A stretch of 64,000 nt of DNA from Eledone cirrhosa (lineage: Eukaryota): positions 9,672,001-9,736,000 of the forward strand of contig OZ024740.1 in the NCBI GenBank assembly GCA_964016885.1, given 5' to 3'. The notes under the pieces are model-generated. The model was given only the letters and a program-made list of their open reading frames with translations, searched no databases and was not told where the DNA came from. The first letter of the stretch is position 1. Every line of letters starts with the position of its first letter. Positions 9,901 to 22,000 of the stretch are shown here, piece after piece. The position numbers and the translations under genes are program-made.

Positions 9901-12900
9901 AGAGAGAGGTGCTGGTGGTAGTCTTGTGGTTGATGTGACCACTGGTCATCTGGTTTAGGCTTGTCACCAGAGTGAGAAAGGGGTGCTGGTGGTAGTCTTG
10001 TGGTTGATGTGACCACTGGTCATCTGGTTTAAGCTTGTCACCAGACTGAGAGAGGGGTGCTGGTGGTAGTCTTTTGGTTGATGTGACCACTGGTCATCTG
10101 GTCTAGGCTTGTCACCAGACTGAGAGAGAGGTGCTGGTGGTAGTCTTGTGGTTGATGTGACCACTGGTCATCTGGTTTAGGCTTGTCACCAGACTGAGAG
10201 AGAAGTGCTGGTGGTAGTCTTGTGGTTGATGTGACCACTGGTCATCTGGTTTAGGCTTGTCACCAGACTGAGAGAGAGGTGCTGGTGGTAGTCTTGTGGT
10301 TGATGTGACCACTGGTCATATGGTCTAGGCTTGTCACCTGACTGAGAAAGGGATGCTGGTGGTAGTCTTGTGGTTGATGTGACCACTGGTCATCTAGTAT
10401 AGGTTTGTCACCAAACTGAGAGAGAGGTGCTGGTGGTAGTCGTGTGGTTGATGTGACCACTGGTCATCTGGTTTAGGTTTGTCACCATACTGAGAGAGGG
10501 GTGCTGGTGGTAGTCGTGTGGTTGATGTAACCACTGGTCATCTGGTTTAGGTTTTTCACCGGATTGAGAGTGGGGTGCTGGTGATAGTCTTGTGGTTGAT
10601 GTGACCACTGGTCATCTGCTTTAGGCTTGTCACCAGACTGAGAGAGGGGTGCTGGTGGTAGTCTTGTGGTTGATGTGACCACTGGTCATCTGGTTTTAGT
10701 TTTGTCACCAGACTGAGAGAGGGGTGCTGGTGGTAGTCTTGTGGTTGATGTGACCTCTGGTCATCTGGTTTAGGCTTGTCACAAGACTGACTGAGATGTG
10801 CTGGTGGTAGTCTTGTGGTTGATGTGACCACTGGTCATCTGGTTTAGGTTTTTCACCAAACTGAGAGTGGGGTGCTGGTGATAGTCTTGTTGTGGATGTG
10901 ACCACTGGTCATCAGGTTTAGGTTTTTCACCAGGCTGAGAGTGGGGTGATGGTGATAGTCTTGTGGTTGATGTGACCACTGGTCATCTGGTTTAGGCTTG
11001 TCACCAGACTGAGAGAGGGGTGCTGGTGGTAGTCTTGTGGTTGATGTGACCACTGGTCATCTGGTTTAGGCTTGTCACCAGACTGAGAGATGGGTGCTGG
11101 TGGTTGTCTTGTGGTTGATGTGACCACTGGTCATCAGGTTTAGGTTTTTCACCAGGCTGAGAGTGGGGTGATGGTGATAGTCTTGTGGTTGATGTGACCA
11201 CTGGTCATCTGGTTTAGGCTTGTCACCAGACTAAAGAGAGGGGTGCTGGTGGTAGTCTTGTGGTTGATGTGACCACTGGTCATCTGGTTTAGGCTTGTCA
11301 CCAGACTAAAGAGAGGGGTGCTGGTGGTAGTCTTGTGGTTGATGTGACCACTGGTCATCTGGTTTAGGTTTGTCACCAGACTGAGAAAGGGGTGCTGGTG
11401 GTAGTCTTGTGGTTGATGGTACCACTGGTCATCTGGTTTAGGCTTGTCGCCAGACTGAGAGAGGGGTGCTGGTGGTAGTCTTGTGGTTGATGTGACCACT
11501 GGTCATCTGGTTTAGGCTTGTCGCCAGACTGAGAGAGGGGTGCTGGTGGTAGTCTTGTGGTTGATGGTACCACTGGTCATCTGGTTTAGGCTTGTCACCA
11601 GACTGAGAGAGGGGTGCTGGTGGTAGTCTTGTGGTTGATGTGACCACTGGTCATCTGGTCTAGGTTTGTCACCAGACTGAGAGAGAGGTGCTGGTGGTAG
11701 TCTTGTGGTTGATGTGACCACTGGTCGTCTGGTTTAGGTTTTTCACCAGACTGAGAAAGGGGTGCTGGTGATAGTCTTGTGGTTGATGTGACCACTGGTC
11801 ATCTGGTTTAGGCTTGTCACCAGACTGAGAGAGGGGTGCTGGTGGTAGTGTTGTGGTTGATGTGACCACTGGTCATCTGGTTTTAGTTTTGTCTCCAGAC
11901 TGAGAGAGGGGTGCTGGTGGTAGTCTTGTGGTTGATGTGACCACTGGTCATCTGGTTTAGGCTTGTCACCAGACTGAGAGAGGGGTGCTGCTGGTAGTCT
12001 TGTGGTTGATGTGACCACTGGTCATCTAGTTTAGGCTTGTCACCAGACTGAGAGAGGTGTGCTGGTGGTAGTCTTGTGGTTGATGTGACCACTGGTCATC
12101 TGGTTTAGGCTTGTCACCAGACTGAGAGAGGGGTGCTGGTGGTAGTCTTGTGGTTGATGTGACCACTGGTCATCTGGTTTAGGCTTGTCACCAGACTGAG
12201 AGAGGGGTGCTGGTGGTAGTCTTGTGGTCGATGTGACCACTGGTCATCTGGTCTAGGTTTGTCACCAGACTGAGAGAGAGGTGCTGGTGGTAGTCTTGTG
12301 GTTGATGTGACCACTGCTCATCTGGTTTAGGTTTTTCACCAGACTGAGAAAGGGGTGCTGGTGGTAGTCTTGTGGTTGATGTGACCACTGGTCATCTGGT
12401 TTAGGTTTTTCACCGGACTGAGAGAGGTGTGCTGGTGGTAGCCTTGTGGTTGATTTGACCACTGGTCATCTGGTTTAGGCTTGTCACCAGACTGAGAGAG
12501 AGGTGCTGATGGTAGTCGTCTAGTTGATGTGACCACTGGTCATCTGGTTAAGGTTTGTCACCAGACTGAGAGAGGGGTGCTGGCAGTAGTCTTGGGGTTG
12601 ATGTGACCATTGGTCATCTGGTTTAGGTTTGTCACCAGACTGAGAAAGGGGTTCTGGTGGTAGTCTTGTGGTTGATCTGACCTCAGGTCATCTGGCTTAG
12701 GTTTGTCACCACACTGAGAAAGGGGTGCTGACGGTAGTCTTGTGGTTGATGTGACCTCTGGTCCTCTGGTTTAGGTTTGTCACCAGACTGAGAAAGGGGT
12801 GCTGGTGGTAGTCTTGTGGTTGATGTGACCACTGGTCATCTGGTTTAGGTTTGTCACCAGACAGAGAAAGGGGTGCTGGTGGTAGTCTTGTGGTTGATGT

Positions 12901-13199
12901 GACCACTGGTCATCTGGTTTAGGTTTGTCACCAGACAGAGAAAGGGGTGCTGGTGGTAGTCTTGTGGTTGATGTGACCACTGGTCATCTGGTTTAGGTTT
13001 GTCACCAGACAGTGAAAGGGGTGCTGGTGGTAGTATTGTGGTTGATGTGACCACTGGTCATCTGGTTTAGGTTTGTCACCAGACTGAGAAAGGGGTGCTG
13101 GTGGTAGTCTTGTGTTTGATGTGACCACTGTTCATCTGGTTTAGGTTTGTCACCAGACAGAGAAAGGGGTGCTGGTGATAGTCTTGTGGTTGATGTGAC

Positions 13200-16070
13200 C
13201 ACTAGTCATCTGGTTTAGGCTTGTCACCAGACTGAGAAAGGGGTGCTGGTGGTAGTCTTGTGGTTGATGTGACCTCTGGTCATCTGGTTTAGGCTTGTCA
13301 CAAGACTGAGTGAGATGTGCTGGTGGTAGTCTTGTGGTTGATGTGACCACTGGTCATCTGGTTTAGGTTTTTCACCAGACAGAGAGTGGGGTGCTGGTGA
13401 TAGTCTTGTTGTGGATGTGACCACTGGTCATCTGGTTTAGGCTTGTCACCAGACTGAGAGAGGGGTGCTTGTGGTTGATGTGACCACTGGCCATCTGGTT
13501 TAGGCTTGTCACCAGACTGAGAGAGAGGTGCTGGTGGTTGTCTTGTGGTTGATGTGACCACTGGTCATCTGGTTTAGTTTTTTCACCAGACTGAGAGTGG
13601 GGTGCTGGTGATAGTCTTGTGGTTGATGTGACCACTGGTCATCTGGTTTAGGCTTGTCACCATACTGAGAGAGGGGTGCTGGTTGTAGTCTTGTGGCTGA
13701 TGTGACCACTGGTCATCTGGTTTATGCTTGTCACCAGACTGAGAGAGGTGCTGGTGGTTGTCTTGTGGTTGATGTGACCACTGGTCATCTGGTTTAGGCT
13801 CGTCACGAGACTGAGAGAGGGTTGCTGGTGGTAGTATTGTGGTTGATGTGCCCACTGGTCATCTGGTTTAGGCTTGTCACCAGACTTAGAGAGGGTGCTG
13901 GTGGTTGTCTTGTGGTTGATGTGACCACTGGTCATCTGGTTTAGGTTTGTCACCAGACTGAGAGAGGGGTGCTGGTGGTAGTCTTGTGGTTGATGTGACC
14001 ACTGGTCATCTGGTTTTAGTTTTGTCACCAGAGTGACAGAGAGGTGCTGGTGGTAGTCTTGTGGTTGATGTGACCACTGGTCATCTGGTTTAGGTTTGTC
14101 ACCAGACTGAGAGAGGGGTGCTTGTGGTAGTATTGTGGTTGATGTGACCACTGGTCATCTGGTTTAGGCTTGTCACCAGACTGAGAGAGGGGTGCTGGTG
14201 GTAGTCTTGTGGTTGATGTGACCACTGGTCATCTGGTTTAGGTTTGTCACCAGACTGAGAAAGGGGTGCTGGTGGTAGTCTTGTGGTCGATGTGACCACT
14301 GGTCATCTGGTCTAGGTTTGTCACCAGACTGAGAGAGGGGTGCTGGTGGTAGTCTTGTGGTTGATGTGACCACTGGTCATCTGGTTTAGGTTTTTCACCG
14401 GACTGAGAGTGGGGTGCTGGTGATAGTCTTGTGGTTGATGTGACCACTGGTCATCTGGTTTAGGCTTGTCACCAGACTGAGAGAGGGGTGCTTGTGGTAG
14501 TATTGTGGTTGATGTGACCACTGGTCATCTGGTTTAGGCTTGTCACCAGACTGAGAGAGGGGTGCTGGTGGTAGTCTTGTGGTTGATGTGACCACTGGTC
14601 ATCTGGTTTAGGCTTGTCACCAGACTGAGAGAGGTGTGCTGGTGGTAGTCTTGTGGTTGATGTGACCACTGGTCATCTGGTTTTAGTTTTGTCACCAGAC
14701 TGAGAAAGGGGTGCTGGTGGTAGTCTTGTGGTTGATGTGACCACTGGTCATCTGGTTTAGGTTTGTCACCAGACTGAGAGAGGGGTGCTTGTGGTAGTAT
14801 TGTGGTTGATGTGACCACTGGTCATCTGGTTTAGGCTTGTCACCAGACTGAGAGAGGGGTGCTGGTGGTAGTCTTGTGGTTGATGTGACCACTGGTCATC
14901 TGGTTTAGGCTTGTCACCAGACTGAGAGAGGTGTGCTGGTGGTAGTCTTGTGGTTGATGTGACCACTGGTCATCTGGTTTAGGCTTGTCACCAGACTGAG
15001 AGAGGGGTGCTGGTGGTAGTCTTGTGGTTGATGTGACCACTGGTCATCTGGTTTAGGCTTGTCACCATACTGAGAGAGGGGTGCTGGTGGGTGTCTTGTG
15101 GTTGATGTGACCACTGGTCATCTGGTTTAGGTTTTTCACCAGACTGAGAGTAGGGTGCTGGTGGTAGTCTTGTGGTTGATGTGACCACTGGTCATCTAGT
15201 CTAGCCTTGTCACCAGACTGAGAAAGGGGTGCTGGTGGTAGTCTTGTGGTTGATGTGACCTCTGGTCATCTGGTTTAGGCTTGTCACAAGACTGAGTGAG
15301 ATGTGCTGGTGGTAGTCTTGTGGTTGATGTGACCACTGGTCATCTGGTTTAGGTTTTTCACCAGACTGAGAGTGGGGTGCTGGTGATAGTCTTGTTGTGG
15401 ATGTGACCACTGGTCATCTGTTTTAGGCTTGTCACCAGACTGAGAGAGGGGTGCTGGTGGTTGATGTGACCACTGGCCATCTGGTTTAGGCTTGTCACCA
15501 GACTGAGAGAGAGGTGCTGGTGGTTGTCTTGTGGTTGATGTGACCACTGGTCATCTGGTTTAGTTTTTTCACCAGACTGAGAGTGGGGTGCTGGTGATAG
15601 TCTTGTGGTTGATGTGACCACTGGTCATCTGGTTTAGGCTTGTCACCATACTGAGAGAGGGGTGCTGGTGGTAGTCTTGTGGCTGATGTGACCACTGGTC
15701 ATCTGGTTTATGCTTGTCACCAGACTGAGAGAGAGGTGCTGGTGGTTGTCTTGTGGTTGATGTGACCACTGGTCATCAGGTTTAGGTTTTTCACCAGACT
15801 GAGAGAGGGGTGCTGGTGGTAGTCTTGTGGTTGATGTGACCACTGGTCATCTGGTTTAGGCTTGTCACCAGACTGAGAGAGGGGTGCTGGTGGTAGTCTT
15901 GTGGTTGATGTGACCACTGGTCATCTGGTTTAGGCTCGTCACGAGACTGAGAGAGTGGTGCTGGTGGTAGTATTGTGGTTGATGTGACCACTGGTCATCT
16001 GGTTTAGGCTTGTCACCAGACTTAGAGAGGGGTGCTGGTGGTTGTCTTGTGGTTGATGTGATCACTGGTC
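13200..16070. repeat. Local ~2 kb-spaced duplication carrying 63-bp truncated monomers
   Basis: The 87-aa ORFs at 13298 and 15284 are offset by 1,986. They share the rare variants actggccatc, ggctgatg, ttatgc, ctcgtcacga and acttagag. Confidence 0.8.
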
Positions 16071-19000
16071 ATCTGGTTTAGGTTTGTCACCAGACTGAGA
16101 GAGGGGTGCTGGTGGTAGTCTTGTGGTTGATGTGACCACTGGTCATCTGGTTTTAGTTTTGTCACCAGAGTGAGAGAGGGGTGCTGGTGGTAGTCTTGTG
16201 GTTGATGTGACCACTGGTCATCTGGTTTAGGTTTGTCACCAGACAGAGAGAGGGGTGCTTGTGGTAGTATTATGGTTGATGTGACCACTGGTCATCTGGT
16301 TTAGGCTTGTCACCAGACTGAGAGGGGTGCTGGTGGTAGTCTTGTGGTTGATGTGACCACTGGTCATCTGGTTTAGGTTTGTCACCAGACTGAGAAAGGG
16401 GTGCTGGTGGTAGTCTTGTGGTTGATGGTACCACTGGTCATCTGGTTTAGGCTTGTCGCCAGACTGAGAGAGGGGTGCTGGTGGTAGTCTTGTGGTTGAT
16501 GTGACCACTGGTCATCTGGTTTAGGTTTGTCACCAGACTGAGAAAGGGGTGCTGGTGGTAGTCTTGTGGTCGATGTGACCACTGGTCATCTGGTCTAGGT
16601 TTGTCACCAGACTGAGAGAGGGGTGCTGGTGGTAGTCTTGTGGTTGATGTGACCACTGGTCATCTGGTTTAGGCTTGTCACCAGACTGAGAGAGGGGTGC
16701 TGGTGGTAGTCTTGTGGTCGATGTGACCACTGGTCATCTGGTCTAGGTTTGTCACCAGACTGAGAGAGGGGTGCTGGTGGTAGTCTTGTGGTTGATGTGA
16801 CCACTGGTCATCTGGTTTAGGCTTGTCACCAGACTGAGAGAGGGGTGCTGGTGGTAGTCTTGTGGTTGATGTGACCACTGGTCATCTGGTTTAGGCTTGT
16901 CACCAGACTGAGAGAGGTGTGCTGGTGGTAGTCTTGTGGTTGATGTGACCACTGGTCATCTGGTTTAGGCTTGTCACCAGACTGAGAGAGGGGTGCTGGT
17001 GGTAGTCTTGTGGTTGATGTGACCACTGGTCATCTGGTTTAGGCTTGTCACCATACTGAGAGAGAGGTGCTGGTGGGTGTCTTGTGGTTGATGTGACCAC
17101 TGGTCATCTGGTTTAGGTTTTTCACCAGACTGAGAGTAAGGTGCTGGTGGTAGTCTTGTGGTTGATGTGACCACTGGTCATCTAGTCTAGCCTTGTCACC
17201 AGACTGAGAGAGAGGTGCTGGTGGTTGTCTTGTGGTTGATGTGACCACTGGTCATCAGGTTTAGGTTTTTCACCAGACTGAGAGTGGGGTGCTGGTGATA
17301 GTCTTGTGGTTGATGTGACCACTGGTCATCTGGTTTAGGCTTGTCACCAGACTGAGAGAGAGGTGCTGGTGGTAGTCTTGTGGTTGATGTGACCACTGGT
17401 CATCTGGTTTAGGCTTGTCACCAGACTGAGAGAGGGGTGCTGGTGGTAGTCTTGTGGTTGATGTGACCACTGGTCATCTGGTTTTAGTTTTGTCACCAGA
17501 GTGAGAGAGGGGTGCTGGTGGTAGTCTTGTGGTTGATGTGACCACTGGTCATCTGGTTTAGGTTTGTCACCAGACTGAGAGAGGGGTGCTTGTGGTAGTA
17601 TTGTGGTTGATGTGACCACTGGTCATCTGGTTTAGGCTTGTCACCAGACTGAGAGAGGGGTGCTGGTGGTAGTCTTGTGGTTGATGTGACCACTGGTCAT
17701 CTGGTTTAGGTTTGTCACCAGACTGAGAGAGGGGTGCTTGTGGTAGTATTGTGGTTGATGTGACCACTGGTCATCTGGTTTAGGCTTGTCACCAGACTGA
17801 GAGAGGGGTGCTGGTGGTAGTCTTGTGGTCGATGTGACCACTGGTCATCTGGTCTAGGTTTGTCACCAGACTGAGAGAGGGGTGCTGGTGGTAGTCTTGT
17901 GGTTGATGTGACCACTGGTCATCTGGTTTAGGTTTTTCACCGGACTGAGAGTGGGGTGCTGGTGGTAGTCTTGTGGTTGATGTGACCACTGGTCATCTGG
18001 TTTTAGTTTTGTCACCAGACTGAGAGAGGGGTGCTGGTGGTAGTCTTGTGGTTGATGTGACCACTGGTCATCTGGTTTTAGTTTGTCACCAGACTGAGAT
18101 AGGGGTGCTGGTAGTAGTCTTGTGGTTGATGTGACCACTGGTCATCTGGTTTAGGCTTGTCACCAGACTGAGAGAGGGGTGCTGGTGGTAGTCTTGTGGT
18201 TGATGTGACCTCTGGTCATCTGGTTTAGGCTTGTCACAAGACTGAGTGAGATGTGCTGGTGGTTGTCTTGTGGTTGATGTGACCACTGGTCATCTGGTTT
18301 AGGTTTTTCACCAAACTGAGAAGTGGGGTGCTGGTGATAGTCTTGTTGTGGATGTGACCACTGGTCATCAGGTTTAGCTTTTTCACCAGGCTGAGAGTGG
18401 GGTGATGGTGATAGTCTTGTGGTTGATGTGACCACTGGTCATCTGGTTTAGGCTTGTCACCAGACTGAGAGAGGGGTGCTGGTGGTAGTCTTGTGGTTGA
18501 TGTGACCACTGGTCATCTGGTTTAGGCTTGTCACCAGACTGAGAGATGGGTGCTGGTGGTTGTCTTGTGGTTGATGTGACCACTGGTCATCAGGTTTAGG
18601 TTTGTCACCAGGCTGAGAGAGAGGTGCTGGTGGTAGTCTTGTGGTTGATGTGACCACTGGTCATCTGGTTTAGGTTTTTCACCAGACTGAGAAAGGGGTG
18701 CTGGTGATAGTCTTGTGGTTGATGTGACCACTGGTCATCTGGTTTAGGCTTGTCACCAGACTGAGAGAGGGGTGCTGGTGGTAGTCTTGTGGTTGATGTG
18801 ACCACTGGTCATCTGGTTTTAGTTTTGTCTCCAGACTGAGAGAGGGGTGCTGGTGGTAGTCTTGTGGTTGATGTGACCACTGGTCATCTGGTTTAGGCTT
18901 GTCACCAGACTGAGAGAGAGGTGCTGGTGGTAGTCGTGTGGTTGATGTGACCACTGGTCATCTGGTTTAGGCTTGTCACCAGACTGAGAGAGGGGTGCTG

Positions 19001-22000
19001 GTGGTAGTCTTGTGGTTGATGTGACCACTGGTCATCTGGTTTAGGCTTGTCACCAGACTGAGAGAGGTGTGCTGGTGGTAGTCTTGTGGTTGATGTGACC
19101 ACTGGTCATCTGGTTTTGGCTTGTCACCATACTGAGAGAGGGGTGCTGGTGGGTGTCTTGTGGTTGATGTGACCACTGGTCATCTGGTTTAGGTTTTTCA
19201 CCAGACTGAGAGTAGGGTGCTGGTGGTAGTCTTGTGGTTGATGTGACCACTGGTCATCTAGTCTAGGTTTGTCACCAGACTGAGAGAGAGGTGCTGGTGG
19301 TAGTCTTGTGGTTGATGTGACCACTGTTCATCTGGTTTAGGCTTGTCACCAGACTGAGAGAGGGGTGCTGGTGGTAGTCTTGTGGTCGATGTGACCACTG
19401 GTCATCTGGTCTAGGTTTGTCACCAGACTGAGAGAGAGGTGCTGCTGGTAGTCTTGTGGTTGATGTGACCACTGGTCATCTGGTTTAGGTTTTTCACCAG
19501 ACTGAGAAAGGGATGCTGGTGGTAGTCTTGTGGTTGATGTGACCACTGGTCATCTGGTTTAGGTTTTTCACCGGACTGAGAGAGGTGTGCTGGTGGTAGC
19601 CTTGTGGTTGATTTGACCACTGGTCATCTGGTTTAGGCTTGTCACCAGACTGAGAGAGAGGTGCTGATGGTAGTCGTCTAGTTGATGTGACCACTGGTCA
19701 TCTGGTTAAGGTTTGTCACCAGACTGAGAGAGGGGTGCTGGCAGTAGTCTTGGGGTTGATGTGACCATTGGTCATCTGGTTTAGGTTTGTCACCAGACAG
19801 AGAAAGGGGTGCTGGTGGTAGTCTTGTGGTTGATGTGACCACTGGTCATCTGGTTTAGGTTTGTCACCAGACAGAGAAAGGGGTGCTGGTGGTAGTCTTG
19901 TGGTTGATGTGACCACTGGTCATCTGGTTTAGGTTTGTCACCAGACAGTGAAAGGGGTGCTGGTGGTAGTATTGTGGTTGATGTGACCACTGGTCATCTG
20001 GTTTAGGTTTGTCACCAGACAGAGAAAGGGGTGCTGGTGATAGTCCTGTGGTTGATGTGACCACTGGTCATCTGGTTTAGGTTTGTCACCAGACTGAGAG
20101 AGAGGTGCTAGTGGTAGTCTTGCGGTTGATGTGACCTCTGGTCATCTGGTTTAGGTTTGTCACCAGACTGAGAGAGATGTGCTAGTGGTAGTCTTGTGGT
20201 TGATGTGACCACTGGTCATCTGGTTTAGGTTTGTCACCAGACATAGAAAGGGGTGCTGGTGGTAGTCTTGTGGTTGATGTGACCACTGGTCATCTGGTTT
20301 TAGTTTTGTCACCAGACTGAGAGAGGGGTGCTGGTGGTAGTCTTGTGGTTGATGTGACCACTGGTCATCTGGTTTAGGTTTGTCACCAGAGTGAGAGTAG
20401 GGTGCTGGTGGTAGTCTTGTGGTTGATGTGACCACTGGTCATCTGGTTTAGGTTTTTCACCGGACTGAGAGAGGGGTGCTGGTGGTAGTCTTGTGGTTGA
20501 TGTGACCACTGGTCATCTGGTTTAGGTTTGTCACCAGACAGAGAAAGGGGTGCTGGAGGTAATCTTGTGGTTGGTGTGACCACTGGTCATCTAGTCTAGC
20601 CTTGTCACCAGACTGAGAAAGGGGTGCTGGTGGTAGTCTTGTGGTTGATGTGACCTCTGGTCATCTGGTTTAGGTTTGTCACCAGACTGAGAGAGAGGTG
20701 CTAGTGGTAGTCTTGTGGTTGATGTGACCACTGGTCATCTGGTTTAGGTTTTTCACCGGACTGAGAGTGGGGTGCTGGTGATAGTCTTGTGGTTGATGTG
20801 ACCACTGGTCATCTGGTTTAGGCTTGTCACCAGACTGAGAGAGGGGTGCTGGTGGTAGTCTTGTGGTTGATGTGACCACTGGTCATCTGGTTTTAGTTTT
20901 GTCACCAGACTGAGAGAGGGGTGCTGGTGGTAGTCTTGTGGTTGATGTGACCACTGGTCATCTGGTTTAGGTTTGTCACCAGAGTGAGAGTAGGGTGCTG
21001 GTGGTAGTCTTGTGGTTGATGTGACCACTGGTCATCTGGTTTAGGTTTTTCACCGGACTGAGAGAGGGGTGCTGGTGGTAGTCTTGTGGTTGATGTGACC
21101 ACTGGTCATCTGGTTTTGGCTTGTCACCATACTGAGAGAGGGGTGCTGGTGGGTGTCTTGTGGTTGATGTGACCACTGGTCATCTGGTTTAGGTTTTTCA
21201 CCAGACTGAGAGTAGGGTGCTGGTGGTAGTCTTGTGGTTGATGTGACCACTGGTCATCTAGTCTAGGTTTGTCACCAGACTGAGAGAGAGGTGCTGGTGG
21301 TAGTCTTGTGGTTGATGTGACCACTGGTCATCTGGTTTAGGCTTGTCACCAGACTGAGAGAGGGGTGCTGGTGGTAGTCTTGTGGTTGATGTGACCACTG
21401 GTCATCTGGTTTAGGCTTGTCACCAGACTGAGAGAGGTGTGCTGGTGGTAGTCTTGTGGTTGATGTGACCACTGGTCATCTGGTTTTGGCTTGTCACCAT
21501 ACTGAGAGAGGGGTGCTGGTGGGTGTCTTGTGGTTGATGTGACCACTGGTCATCTGGTTTAGGTTTTTCACCAGACTGAGAGTAGGGTGCTGGTGGTAGT
21601 CTTGTGGTTGATGTGACCACTGGTCATCTAGTCTAGGTTTGTCACCAGACTGAGAGAGAGGTGCTGGTGGTAGTCTTGTGGTTGATGTGACCACTGGTCA
21701 TCTGGTTTAGGCTTGTCACCAGACTGAGAGAGGGGTGCTGGTGGTAGTCTTGTGGTCGATGTGACCACTGGTCATCTGGTCTAGGTTTGTCACCAGACTG
21801 AGAGAGAGGTGCTGGTGGTAGTCTTGTGGTTGATGTGACCACTGGTCATCTGGTTTAGGTTTTTCACAAGACTGAGAAAGGGGTGCTGGTGGTAGTCTTG
21901 TGGTTGATGTGACCACTGGTCATCTGGTTTAGGTTTTTCACCGGACTGAGAGAGGTGTGCTGGTGGTAGCCTTGTGGTTGATTTGACCACTGGTCATCTG

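Larger units (their letters stand above)
1..16126. repeat. Super-repeat copy A (variant order of ~1-13,050 is repeated in copy B)
   Basis: Diagnostic ORFs recur: 110 vs 16236 (offset 16,126), 5591 vs 21864 (16,273), 8033 vs 24676 (16,643), 12336 vs 28905 (16,569). The offset changes by roughly whole monomers. Boundaries are approximate. Confidence 0.85.
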
